Below are positions 10,700 through 22,624 of a DNA stretch of 64,000 nt, one piece after another; the stretch's first letter is position 1, and every line of letters begins with the position of its first letter. The stretch is from Macrostomum lignano (lineage: Eukaryota), in NCBI GenBank assembly GCA_002269645.1, contig NIVC01002324.1:43222-107221 (forward strand). The letters are read 5' to 3'. The position numbers and the translations under genes were made by a program. The notes beneath the pieces were generated by a model. That model was not told where the DNA came from and did no database searches. It worked only from the letters and a program-made list of their open reading frames with translations.

Positions 10700-11120
10700 T
10701 CAACTTAATGGATTTACAATTAGAGTCAAGGTAAGGTACATCGTTTGAGGAAAGCCAAGAAAACGAAAGCAAACACGAACATTCACATTTTTTCTTTAAT
10801 AATACAAAATTACAATTTATTAATCTTCGCGCGACATGTTTCGCCGAATAATCGGCATCTTCAGGCAAAATATCGATGCAGAGAGATGGTAAATTTTTAA
10901 GTCTAGTAATCCAAAATGATGCAAGTATGGGTAACAGAGTTAGATGGCCCTAAATAAGAGGCAAGCGCATGGGGTCAGAACACCCTTAGATGGACACTCG
11001 CCCCTCTACCACCAAGTTGGATGTTCATGGTGGGCTTTAGCTTGTTTAATGTACAATGCCTCAAGAGTAGACAACTTCATACTCTGGCGGTTACGATCGA
11101 TAATTTTAATCGATAATTTA
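10700..11120 (-). mobile_element. Penelope-like retroelement 3' fragment (GIY-YIG C-terminus plus pLTR with hammerhead)
   Basis: IKIIDRNRQSMKLSTLEALYIKQ, then after a 1-nt frameshift LKPTMNIQLGGRGASVHLRVF* (stop 10975-10977); resembles the PLE endonuclease end. A hammerhead motif follows downstream on the same strand. Left boundary is approximate. Confidence 0.7.
10825..10870 (-). ncRNA. Minimal type-I hammerhead ribozyme (Penelope-type)
   Basis: Minus-strand RNA UUUUGC-CUGAAGA-U-GCCGA(UUAU)UCGGC-GAAA-CAUG-UC-GCGCGAAG: catalytic core, 5-bp stem II, palindromic ACAUGU stem III, GUC cleavage triplet at 10833-10835. Confidence 0.8.
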
Positions 11121-12269
11121 CGATCGACTTGTCTAAAAATTACTGGAGTCTTTTTATTGTTTTCGGCCGCACACAAGTCTGTCTTTTTATTGTTTTCGTT
11201 GCTTTTTATTTTTTTAAGCTTCATGCCAAAAAAGACCCTGCCGACTGCAACTCAAGTTTAGATTGCATCTGGCAGACACTTCTACGCATATTCTAATTGC
11301 GCCTTGTGCCTTTCGTATTCGAATGTGCCATTGGCATGTAGAGCGTGATTACGTAGCAGAGGTGGAGAATTGAACTGTTGTTGAATTTCGGTTCAAATGT
11401 GACCAACTAACTGTCTTAGCTGTTAAGAGCTCCGAGACTTGCTCAATAAATGATTCATCGCAAATGCTTTAAGCAGCAGTTACTCTTTCCTTTTTTTCGA
11501 ATCTCAAACTCAAAATGTCCTAATCAAAGTGAAAGCCTCTACACCTTTTTCAATTTACGAGTATTTTGGTAAGTGTGCAGTAAATATTGAAATACTCTCA
11601 TTCAATTCACACGGTTAATGGTAGCCTTTGGTGTAATGTGCATCCACCTAACGCGTCTTCGTTCGATTACTCAAATATAGTATTTGATAACGCAGACGCT
11701 TTAAATAAAGCCCGAGCAACAGATGATCGCCCCACTTCATTAACTTGAATTTAGATTTTACAGAAAAGCGTTTTTCCTATAAATATTTACTGCTTACTTA
11801 GGCAAAAAGATGACGCAGAGTCTTTTTAGAACTCATTTTAGAAACTAAAAACTAACGCTTACTCGTAACACACTACTCAAAGTAGGAGTAGAGCATGCCA
11901 GCAATTGACTTAAACTCTTTAAGAGTGTCTTTGAAAGAAAAGTTTTTATCAGTCTTCTAACAGAATAGCAAGATACTCGTACGTTCGTATTTAATAGTAG
12001 TGTTTAGGCTTGAATTCAGTAATTTGGTCACTTAAAATATAGTCAGATAAATTCGAGTTCATATAGCGCACTTGGTTTTAACATACATTTTTTAACATGG
12101 AGTTTGTATATCAGTAAGTCCGAAAACAAATGAAAAGTGAATCAGCTTTCATTAAATAACACCTTAGTGACACTCGATGACCTGCTTTTAGTCCGAAAAA
12201 AATTAATCAAGTGGGTCATAGAAACTAATAAGGTAGGCTCTACTTTAAAAAATCCAACGATACTTGGAT

Positions 12270-12440
12270 TCAAACTTCCAGGGCGAACTGCCACTTCATA
12301 GCTGCTGCTGCTGCGGTTGCTTTTGAAATCAAAGACGACAGCAAAATCGGTTCGCAGATTTTGCTCAACTTGGGGCCTGCTGGGCGCTCTCGGCCGGTCA
12401 TGGTGACGGTCACGTTTTCGTTGTATTGCTGTCATCTGGA
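12270..12440 (-). pseudogene. Pseudogene B of the peptide family (promoter/5'UTR plus first 7 codons only)
   Basis: ATGAAGTGGCAGTTCGCCCT (MKWQFAL) at 12280-12299, then EV* (stop 12270-12272). Upstream sequence aligns with gene 4 14370-14525 including AAAACGTG (12411-12418), but the TATA segment is missing. Confidence 0.8.
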
Positions 12441-12767
12441 CCGATGCACGTGTCCTGCAGCGTAATAATAAATGAATTCGGGGCTTTATTCATGCTATGT
12501 TAACATCTGAGGTGCTTGGAGCCAAGTAGAGGAATATGGTAATGGTTTGACTCGCTGTACTGCGGCACCGTGTCTTAACTTCAGTTTAATAGAACGTGTC
12601 CTTTTTTCTACTTCGTAGTCAAATTGATCGGGGCATATTTTGTATGCAGGGCGCACGACCGTTTGCAGCTGCTGTCGGAGTGCAATTGATTTAAAATGCG
12701 CTTTCAAATGCTTCTATAATATAAAGAAAAAAAGTTAATTAAAACTTTGTTGAATTCATTGAGTAAC

Positions 12768-12855
<88 letters not shown>

Positions 12856-12868
12856 ATAGTAGTAGTAA

Positions 12869-12924
<56 letters not shown>

Positions 12925-12925
12925 A

Positions 12926-12969
<44 letters not shown>

Positions 12970-12970
12970 A

Positions 12971-13007
<37 letters not shown>

Positions 13008-13008
13008 C

Positions 13009-13075
<67 letters not shown>

Positions 13076-13086
13076 AGTAGTAGTAG
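12768..13086. repeat. (AGT)n microsatellite
   Basis: About 106 units visible. Confidence 0.98.
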
Positions 13087-14052
13087 CGGAATTGTGGAAG
13101 GGTAAAAGGTTAATTAAGCGCTCTGTGTAGAAACATAAAATTCAGACTGATGAAAAAATCACGGTGCTTAGATTTATTTTAAGATTCCTTCTCATTTAAT
13201 TTACTGCCGTTACTAGTGCGAGTATGGAATGAAAAAGTTGGCAATAAAGTTTGTTAATCTGAGACAGACTCGTGACTCATAAATAGGTGCTAAGCAAATA
13301 TTCGTAATAATAGTAGTAGAAGTTGTAGAAAGATGAGCTGCTTATTAGAATATTATACGACTCAAGCACTGCTTGGACCCACCCAACTCGCGTTGGAGGC
13401 CTCGGCTGCCAATTGTGCTCAATTTGCGCGTGAGAATGTAAAGCAGTCTCTCAAACTCATGCAATGAATCTGGGTAGCAGTTTTAACAATGAATCTCTGC
13501 ACTTGGCAGACTGGTCCGGCTCCACTTAGACGTCGAACTCAGACGTCGAACTCAGACGGACGAGCGCAGACGAAAAAAACTAGCAGAGATGTATTCCTCC
13601 GCTTACTCAGTTTAAATATTGCTCGTATGACAATAGCTTCATTTTCTTCGTACCTAGATCTAGGTATTTTCCATTACAGTCGCATTTGTTCGTCTTAAAG
13701 AATCGAGTATTTTTTTCACCACAATGTGGCGTGAAATTTAGGCATAGATGGCAACCATTTTGATGGTTCAAAGCGAGCTAAAGCTTTGCCTAGTCGGGTA
13801 TTGTTTATTTCGCGCTTCTTTCTCATCTTTCGAAGATATAATTCATTCAATCAGGTCCTTTTCTAACAAGCAAGTAAGATTTGAAACGAGGAAAACACTA
13901 AACTAAAGTATTCATCAAGCAAGTATCGAGAGAAGAGAAAAAATTTGTATGTTCTACTGAAGTTCTTATTACAGAGCGAATTTCCGAACTACTGGGTGTA
14001 TTAAAAGTGGTTTTATTTATGTCCAAAATGTTTTTCTCGCACGGGTTTTCGA

Positions 14053-14370
14053 TTAACCGTGGTAAGCGACGATGTGGACGTGGTGGCGACGGTGATAGCG
14101 CCTGCGGTAATAGCGCCGGTAAAAGCGCCTGCGGTAATAGCGCCTGCGGCTGTGGTACACAAAATAGTGGCGACGCCTACGACGACGGAAGAACAACTTC
14201 TCCTCGGGAGCCAGGTCGCTGTCCGATTCGGCCAACTCCGGCTCAGCCATGTCGGCCAGGGCATCGTTGGAAGCCTCGTCCAGGTTGTCGTCGTCGACTT
14301 GCTCAGCCGGGCTGGCGTAGACCGCCAGCGCCACGCACAGGAGGAGACCAAGGGCGAACTGCCACTTCAT
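14053..14370 (-). CDS. Secreted pre-pro cationic peptide 4 (105 aa; Arg/Tyr/His-rich C-terminal peptide)
   Basis: MKWQFALGLLLCVALAVYA signal (same protein sequence as gene 2), acidic pro ending PEEK, then LFFRRRRRRHYFVYHSRRRYYRRRFYRRYYRRRYHRRHHVHIVAYHG*. TATAAA on minus strand at 14464-14469; AATAAA on minus strand at 14012-14017. Confidence 0.9.
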   Translation of the reverse strand: MKWQFALGLLLCVALAVYASPAEQVDDDNLDEASNDALADMAEPELAESDSDLAPEEKLFFRRRRRRHYFVYHSRRRYYRRRFYRRYYRRRYHRRHHVHIVAYHG

Positions 14371-14463
14371 TGCTGCTGCTGCTTTAGAAATCAAAGACAA
14401 CAAACTCGGTTCGCAAAGATGCTACCCGACTTGGGAGCTCCTGGGCGCTTCACACAAGCCTTA

Positions 14464-14535
14464 TTTATAGACCCACTTTGATGGGGACGGTCACGTTTTC
14501 GCTTTATTATTGCCAGCTGGACCCCTTAACACGTG
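14464..14535 (-). promoter_or_regulatory. TATA box, AAAACGTG motif and CACGTG E-box of peptide gene 4
   Basis: TATAAA at 14464-14469, AAAACGTG at 14492-14499, CACGTG at 14530-14535. Confidence 0.65.
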
Positions 14536-16059
14536 AAACGTGAAGATTTAGTTTTTTTGAGCACACGCGTCTGCAGCTGACACGCCCTATGGGCGCAGAC
14601 ACACCCGTGCAGCGAGCTGACAGAAATTTCTGGAAAAGCAGTGGCAGCATCGAACACTACTCGAGCACGCAGCAATTGCTTGAAGCTTTTCTGCTCCATC
14701 TCAGTATCTCAATTCTCTTGATAAATAATAAGAAAGGCACACAATGCTGAGAATAATGGAGATTGCAATCAAGCCTTGCCCTCACTTCTATTTCTCTCTG
14801 TTTGGGTAAGACAGCAAAAACGTTTTGCTACTGCATCATTTTCCTGTCTCTCTCCACTCATTTCTGATTTTCTGTTCGCACCCAACTCGGTGAGTTTGCA
14901 CAAACTAGGACACCTGCTGCAGAAAACTTTGATGCTGCCAGTTTCTTACGGTTTAACAAACAGATTGGCCCAAGTAAACATTAAAATGTTATTGAAAAGT
15001 CAGTGAAGAACTCAACAAGGACTGCCAGACTAAGATGAGTGCTGCTCCAAGAATTTGTGTCTTTGTGACAAAATGCTTGATTGAGAACCTTTCGGTGCAT
15101 TGCACTGCACTTCATACATATGCATGTAACTGCATTAACTTACTTAGGCCTGAGACTATTAGAATAATTGGTCGTCCATGCGTAAGACCTGAAAACTCTT
15201 CTGAGCAGTCGAAGCCAGTCGAAGCTATTCGAACGCACCCTTTATCTGCTGATACTGAAAACAACACTTACTGATAAAGGAGCAGCTAACGAGTCAGTTA
15301 TTCCTTGAATCCATTTTTAAGCTCTTCTTTTTACATATACTGCAGTTCGCATTCATTTGACGATAAGTCAGTCAGACTTCGCAGTCGGAATTCGATCATT
15401 GTGTGTTCAAATCGATCATTGTATTGCACAATCTGCCATCGACAGAGGGTGATTAGCAGAGATGGGGCATTGCACTCTTGTTGAATTCCGGATGTGACCA
15501 TAGGTGCTAACCAAGAGCTCCGATACCCATGCTCCTTAAATGATTCGTTGCAAACGCTTTGAGAATCAGTTTAGTCTTGTAACGAATCTGCTATTCGAAT
15601 GATTGAATTGGTCGCTCATGTGCCATGGCTCTCCGCCATACCGTATACTTGCTAAGCGCAAGTCTTGTAGACTCTCAAGATTAAAATTTCTTATCTGGTA
15701 TAGCTTTTTTTACCTATGGTCGCGAATCTTTTAATCAATCTCGCAAACTCTCTATCTGCAATCGAAGAGTGACCACATGTTCGGTTTATAATCTTTGAGT
15801 TCACCAGATATTCTGTACCTCTACAATGTAGAAATCAAACAGTGAGACACCGTATTCGTTCGGTTGCTCAAGCATTGGATAACACCGACGCTTTGAATTA
15901 AGCCTCCTGAGCAATTCAGATAATCAACCCACTCCATTAACTTGAGTTAGGAGTTTACAGCATCGCGATTTTTTGTCTCACTGTTTACTGAGACAAAAAT
16001 GTGTTGAAGATTATTTTAGGGTCCAGTTAGAAAATAAAAAGTGACGCTTAACACACTAC

Positions 16060-16740
16060 TTAAAGTACGAATAAAAACATGACAACAATTGGGTTAACTT
16101 CTTTGAGAATTTTTTTTGAAAATAAAAGTCTAAACCACAAAATACACGCGCTAACGCGCACTCGTGGTCTAGGCATTGTTACACTTGCAAGCCGTACACT
16201 CTCTCCATTGGCTACCTTCAAAACCATAGGCTCGATCTGCATGTAGCTTGTGCCATTGCCAGTGGGTTCGGTCCGTGGATGAATAAAACCATGGATTTCT
16301 CGAGGCCCCCGTTCGCACCGATTGGCTACTGTAGATTCCATTGCTGTAAATTCGGTGCAAGTTGCAGTTCTGATTCATACTTAAAAGACAAAACGACTGA
16401 CTACAAGTAGTAAAAGAAGCTGAACTTTAAACCATTGAGATGGCGTGTCATTATTTGCATATCCAGTCAAGGATGAACAAAGGCTGACTATTTGTCTTGA
16501 CATCGTTAAAACAGATCGAGTATTCACACCGACATGAATCAAGTACCAGTGTGAGCTCCATTTCAAGAACGAAGACTTTCCTACTTTGGCACAGGGAGGC
16601 CATGCAAGCTCCTGGTAAGAGTAGAAAAAGATTGAGACGTACGAATGTCTCGATCATCCAGTCCTGCAACGCTTTGCTGCTGAAGGCCCAGAATTGTACT
16701 GCATTCCTTGTCTTAATTGTACTTTTTCAATAATTTTCTA
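16060..16740 (-). mobile_element. Possible decayed LTR-retrotransposon gag/protease-like remnant
   Basis: Weak motif resemblance only: VAGLDDRDIRT (gag-like) and LKVANGESV (retropepsin flap-like) in broken frames. Confidence 0.25.
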
Positions 16741-17939
16741 AACCTGCAGCTTCAATTACCTTAGTGCGTCCAAAAAGTTCTCAGACACCCCTCATATCTC
16801 TGCATCTGTTTGATTGAGTTTGATGAAAAAATGCAGAAACATAGACCAATATGTAATGAATTCAGTGCTAAAGTTTCAGCTTAATCAGGTTGACAGAACA
16901 AAAGCAATCCATCATTTACTGAGGAGCCTACGAAATTAGCAATAAGATTTTTGAAGAGAATCGAATCTGGACTCCAGTGGTGACATTGTAATTATACTTT
17001 TACCCAGACGCAATGAAAAAATATTTTGGCCATTATTCCACAGTTTTGATGTGTAGCATAGACATTTGGATTGAAAAAATCCATCGCTCAGTATTTTGTT
17101 AATAAATACAGAACAACAAGAAGTAAATGAACAAAAAGGAAAAATCATTAAAACTAAAGTACCAGCTACACGAAAAGAGTTAATAATAAATGTCACAGCT
17201 AGTGCAGTTTATCAGTTTGTAGTCGAAATTTGACAATGTAAAAATCAATTTGTCACCCAAGTGAAACATGCAGTTCTCAAAGCCGCAGTTTCCAAAGATG
17301 CTCGACACTTAGCCTGATGATTTGGCACTGCAAAAGGAGTTGGTCTATTTTGAATGTTTTCTATGAAAGAGAAATACAGGTGCTCAAGTATAGTTGCCGA
17401 ACTTACCATTTGAAAGATGCACGTCTTGGTTAAATTGGCATGCGACTGATGAGCTTCGTCTGATGAGCTTCTTTGGTGAGCTTCTTTGGTCCACAAAAGT
17501 GTGGAATAATGGCCGCAAAAGTGTAGAATAATGATAGATTGTCTACCTCCAAAACCATATACACAAACACATTGTCTCATGAATGTATTTTTAGAAGCCT
17601 AAAATAATGATTCCTAAGCGTGGAATAATGAGCGTACAGCATGACACAATGACTGGGCGCTGAGAGAAAGTTTATAATTTTTATAAAAATGAGCTGCAAT
17701 GAGCTACGCGCACTCGAGTTTTGGCCATTATTCAACTCAGTTGCATACTATACAATCTACCATTGCAGCTCATTTTTATAAAAATTATTCAGAAAAATAT
17801 CACTGCTTTCGCTGGGTATTGAAAAATACCTTAATTAATTGAATACTAATACAAGCTGTGAAGGTTTAGCCATAGATTAAAGAGCAAAAAAACAAAGCAG
17901 TAAGCAGCATAGCAACATAGCCAGAGTGCGCAGAGATTC

Positions 17940-18245
17940 AGATGCTGAGACGCGGAACCAGCCTCAGGTGGTTTAAGAGCAAAAGAATCGCCAATACGAA
18001 GTCTGCTTGCAACAAAGGGCGGCAGTTTCAGGTCTGGGAGACGAGTTCAAGAGCTGATTCAGCACGCAGAATGAGTCCAAGAGGACAGCGGTTCGTCAAG
18101 CTGCAAACTGAGCTGCAAACTGCTGCTGAGGGGCTGATCAGAGCGACACCTAGGGATATGTGGTCGGCGTGGATTGAGGACTGAGGAGTTGCCGATGTGA
18201 TATGACAAGTGCATTCGACAGAATGAAGATTCTTCTGAAGAATTT
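17940..18245 (+). mobile_element. Tc1/mariner transposase C-terminal remnant
   Basis: RGQRF...ELQTAAEGLIRATPRDMWSAWIED, then a shifted YDKCIRQNEDSSEE, matching the mariner C-terminal RW.KCI..NG.Y.E pattern. A mariner-like end (GTGCGTCCAAAAAGTTC) lies at ~16764. Confidence 0.55.
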
Positions 18246-18982
18246 CACGATTGGTGATCTGTTTTTTGTTTGAACTGTTTGCTCGGTAACTTTTACATTT
18301 TATTGAGTTTAAAATCGTATTGCTAATTTCGTAGGTTCGTCAGTAAAAGATCGATTGCTTTTGCTCTGTCAACCCGATTAAGCTGAAACTTAAGCACTGA
18401 ATTCATTACATATAGGTCCATGTTTGTGTAAATTTTTATAAAAATCAATTGAACAGATGCATAGATAGGAGGGGTGTCTAAGTTTCATATGTCTGTCTGT
18501 CTGTCTGTCAGTCCTGCATGTTCCTGCATCTGTTTCTCCTGGAGAAGAAATCTTTCAATGCATTTATATTACTTTATTTTGAGCATCAGTAATATTGATG
18601 CTACGGCACGTTTTCTTTTTTTTATTCTTTGCGATATAACAGGGCTTTGCACATATTAGAATGATTGAGTTTGAAAGTTCATTTATTAGGAAATTAAGAA
18701 AACCTCTGGCTTTAATAGTATTAACTCTTGTCTCGAAATTACATTAGCCTCTCAGATACGCATTTGAAATACGCGCGAAAAATATGAAAACTAGTGTAAT
18801 GGCTGAAACAATTTTATAGGACTTAGAAATCTAATTCCTTGCAAAAATTTCGCTTCGATCGGAACGACTGAGTCCATTTCACCAGCTCGTATTCGTCTGA
18901 AATGTGGAGGTGTTTGAGTACGGTGTTGTTATCTCGAAAGCCGCTTTAATTGCATTCACTGTAAAATTGGTGGCACTTCTTC

Positions 18983-19640
18983 AGTCTAACAGGTGACATA
19001 ATTCTAGTCTAACAGGTGACAATCCTAGTCTAACAGGTGACATAATTCTAGTCTAACAGGTGACATAATTCTAGTCTAACAGGTGACAATCCTAGTCTAA
19101 CAGGTGACATAATTCTAGTCTAACAGGTGACATAATTCTAGTCTAACAGGTGACATAATCCTAGTCTAACAGGTGACATAATCCTAGTCTAACAGGTGAC
19201 ATAATCCTAGTCTAACAGGTGACACAATTCTAGTCTAACAGGTGACACAATCCTAGTCTAACAGGTGACACAATTCTAGTCTAACAGGTGACACAATCCT
19301 AGTCTAACAGGTGACACAATCCTAGTCTAACAGGTGACACAATTCTAGTCTAACAGGTGACACAATCCTAGTCTAACAGGTGACACAATTCTAGTCTAAC
19401 AGGTGACATAATTCTAGTCTAACAGGTGACATAATCCTAGTCTAACAGGTGACAATCCTAGTCTAACAGGTGACATAATTCTAGTCTAACATGTGACATA
19501 ATCCTAGTCTAACATGTGACATAATCCTAGTCTAACAGGTGACATAATCCCAGTCTAACAGGTGGCATAACCCCAGTCTAACATGTGACATAATCCTAGT
19601 CTAACAGGTGACATAATCCTATTCTAACAGGTGGCATAAC
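18983..19640. repeat. 21-23-bp minisatellite (CTAGTCTAACAGGTGACATAAT[T/C])
   Basis: About 29 tandem copies. Confidence 0.95.
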
Positions 19641-20200
19641 CCACTAGCACTCCTGGCTACCAGGACCACATTGTAATGAACTGATGACTCACACAGGACT
19701 CTAGTGCGGACCACGTGACTGATGCACTCAACAATGCCGCCCAGGTCGCCCAGCCTGAACCATCTGGCCTGGGTTCGCAGCCATGCGGGCATCTGCCGGT
19801 GCTGCTGTCTCTGCTGCTCCGCTTCAAATGCCAGCCACACCAGCTGACAGGAGGGCCGATTCTCCAGGAGCTCGGCCAGCACCGACTGCTCCCCGGCTGA
19901 AACCGGCCGATCTGTCTGCAGGAACAGGCAGTGACAGGACTCATCAGCTGTCAGCTGATCGATTGACTTGGCTCGAACTCGATACCAGCTCTTGGTCACA
20001 CCGTAGTCGCATTTCAACTTTTTCACCACCCGATGCAGCACCGAGGAGGCTGAGGCTGCAGCGGATTCCGCCCCGACTCCGGCTGTCAAAAGAAGAACTT
20101 CAACGGGATCGCTGGCGCGAATATTTGAACTGCTGTACAGCTGACCCATGAATAACTGCTGTGTGCGGTGTTTTGAGTGTTGCAGGCTTGCACAGGCCAA
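19619..20200 (-). CDS. Hypothetical protein or exon (up to 193 aa), alternating alpha/beta pattern
   Basis: GC-rich non-repetitive ORF with coding-like codon usage. Its 3' end runs into a minisatellite, probably an intron (candidate donor GTGGGT near 19643). No family recognised with certainty. Confidence 0.55.
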   Translation of the reverse strand: MACASLQHSKHRTQQLFMGQLYSSSNIRASDPVEVLLLTAGVGAESAAASASSVLHRVVKKLKCDYGVTKSWYRVRAKSIDQLTADESCHCLFLQTDRPVSAGEQSVLAELLENRPSCQLVWLAFEAEQQRQQHRQMPAWLRTQARWFRLGDLGGIVECISHVVRTRVLCESSVHYNVVLVARSASGLCHLLE

Positions 20201-20754
20201 TTCTATTGTTAGTTATAGTCACCCGAGTGGCAAAATTGGCTCTCTATTTATACTTGTACTCGTGTCTGTATTTTCACCTTCTTACTCATCTCCACCTCAA
20301 CACATTGAAACCTCTGCTCCAAGCTATTGTGCGTTGTACGTTGAAGATATTTCGTTAAATAAGCATTAAAAGCAATTTCTTACCTCCTTGAGTTTGGGAC
20401 TTAAAAAAATATATATTTAAAAAGTTTTAATGAATAAAACCAAGGACTCATCAGGCGGATAAGTAGTGCGGATGAATTTTTGTATGCAATGAATTTCGCA
20501 GTCCACGTCACTCACGCCACACCAGCATCAGTGATGCCTGCAGTAGCGAGACTGACGAATCTCTGCACCCTGCTGACTCGTGTCCAAGATCCAGAATCAC
20601 ACAGTCCTTGATCGAAGTCTTGATTAGAAACCCTTATTAACTTGAGCAGTTCCCTAGCTCTCGGTCAGATAGGGCGCGGCAGTGCATTCCCCCCCCCCTG
20701 GGCCCATGTTTTTGGGCCAACCACCTTCCGCAAACCGTCTGCATCAACCCCCAT

Positions 20755-21103
20755 CGCCTAGCTGCCTTCAACCGCCCCCATTCTTTCTGCCCCATTTATC
20801 ACACCCAAGCCTGATTGGTTGCCCATGTCTGCTCCACCCCTCCGCCTAGCTGCCTCCAACCGCCCCATTCTTTCTGCCCTATTTATCACACCCAAGCCTG
20901 ATTGGCTGCCCATGTCTGCTCCACCCCTCCGCCTAGCTGCCTCCAACCGCCCCCATTCTTTCTGCCCCATTTATCACACCCAAGCCTGATTGGCTGCCCA
21001 TGTCTGCTCCACCCCTCCGCCTAGCTGCCTCCAACCGCCCATGCTTTCTGCCCCATTTATCACACCCAAGCCTGATTGGCTGCCCATGTCTGCTCCACCC
21101 CTA
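20755..21103. repeat. ~87-bp tandem repeat, ~4 copies
   Basis: Directly visible. Confidence 0.9.
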
Positions 21104-22104
21104 TTTTTCGGGTTTCCTAATCCTACCCATTGATAAGTATCACAGCCAATCATTACCTAAGCCCTGACCTAAAGACTAAATTATACATACGCTCGTAATT
21201 ATAAATGAAACAAAAAATGAATTTTGAAAGCGATACACCGATAACTTAAGAATAACTTCTAGGATGAAGTACACTGTAAATTGTATCAGCCATTGACGCT
21301 TGAAGTTATATGCGCGCTGTCCCTCGTTCTACTTAGATCAAGTCAAGTAAAAGTAATATAATTAGGTTCGCGTTCGATCACGGAAGGACGATCTGGCCGA
21401 AGCTACAAAATAAATTACCGAAACTGCCACATTGCTACATTTAAAAATCCTGTAATCGCAAGTTTTTTTGCATACCTAATTGGACAGATAAAAAAATCTC
21501 TAAACTCCTTGAAGATATCCTTGAAGCTCGATTGAATCCGCTTTGTAATGACAGTGCTACTATGTGCGGTACATCCGTTTTCTGATCACACCTGTTGTCC
21601 TGATACTATTTAAAAATATTAGCCCTGCATTCGTAATAAGAGCTACAATTTAATTTAATTCTAGTTCAGGCGTCTTGAATGGTACTATATATAGAAGCTG
21701 TGAGAACGTATTAAAAGTTTCAACGCACTAAATCAAACTTTTTTGCAGTTCTGTCTGCCCCCTGACAAGACCGACACTTTACTGGTGTTTTTCGCAAATG
21801 CTAAAATTAGCTCGTAGCAATAGCAAGTAGAAATTAAAGAAATTGGATGTGCATGCTTTGCATGACAGAGAGTTGCTGGAATGAAATTAAAACAAATAAT
21901 TCTGACCGGAATGCCGTTGAATATCCTGACGCCATTTGAATCCTTGAATGCTTGAAAACTTGAACTAGCGAATGACTAGGCGCTTTACCTTTAAATTTGA
22001 AGTTTTAATCACATAATCCATTTTGCGGTAAATGAGAATAGGGAGCAGTGATCCCGCTTGGAAATTTTATAGAGATCCGTATAGATCCGAGCATATCATT
22101 CAGA

Positions 22105-22370
22105 TTCCTGACGTACAGATCCATGATTTACAGATCCGTGACGTACAGATCCATGATTTACAGATCCGTGACGTACAGATCCATGATTTACAGATCCGTG
22201 ACGTACAGATCCATGATTTACAGATCCGTGACGTACAGATCCGTGACGCGCAGATTTCTGACGTACAGATCCATGATTTACAGATCCGTGACGTACAGAT
22301 CCGTGATTTACAGATCCGGGACGTACAGATCCGTGATTTACAGATATTTGGTGTACAGATCTATGACATC
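22105..22370. repeat. 30-bp (2x15) minisatellite GACGTACAGATCCATGATTTACAGATCCGT
   Basis: Directly visible. Confidence 0.9.
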
Positions 22371-22624
22371 AAGTAAATCTAGTTACCAACACTCAAAACA
22401 CCCATAGCTGGGTTATAACCACTGGACGTCACAAAATCGCCATTTTTAATTGACGCTTGTTCCAGGAAATCACTCCTAGGATTGCTGTCGCCAAAATAAG
22501 CGCTCTTAATTTCAATTCGGCTCGATATTGTTGTGCAGCTAGGTCTCACGAATTCCAAACGAAGTCAAGTACATGTTTTACTGAGGTGCACTCGTAAGTT
22601 TGTCAAGGACAACAACAACAACAA

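Noticed and set aside
10453-12299. One gene split by a 1.6-kb intron joining MKWQFAL (12280-12299) to the body at 10632
   Set aside because: About 21 codons would still be missing, there is no convincing splice pair, the body is fused to gene-2 promoter-distal sequence, and the intervening DNA is paralogous upstream flank. Two separate relics fit better.
17444-17480. Second hammerhead (two CTGATGAG motifs)
   Set aside because: No stem II followed by GAAA; it is a short local duplication.
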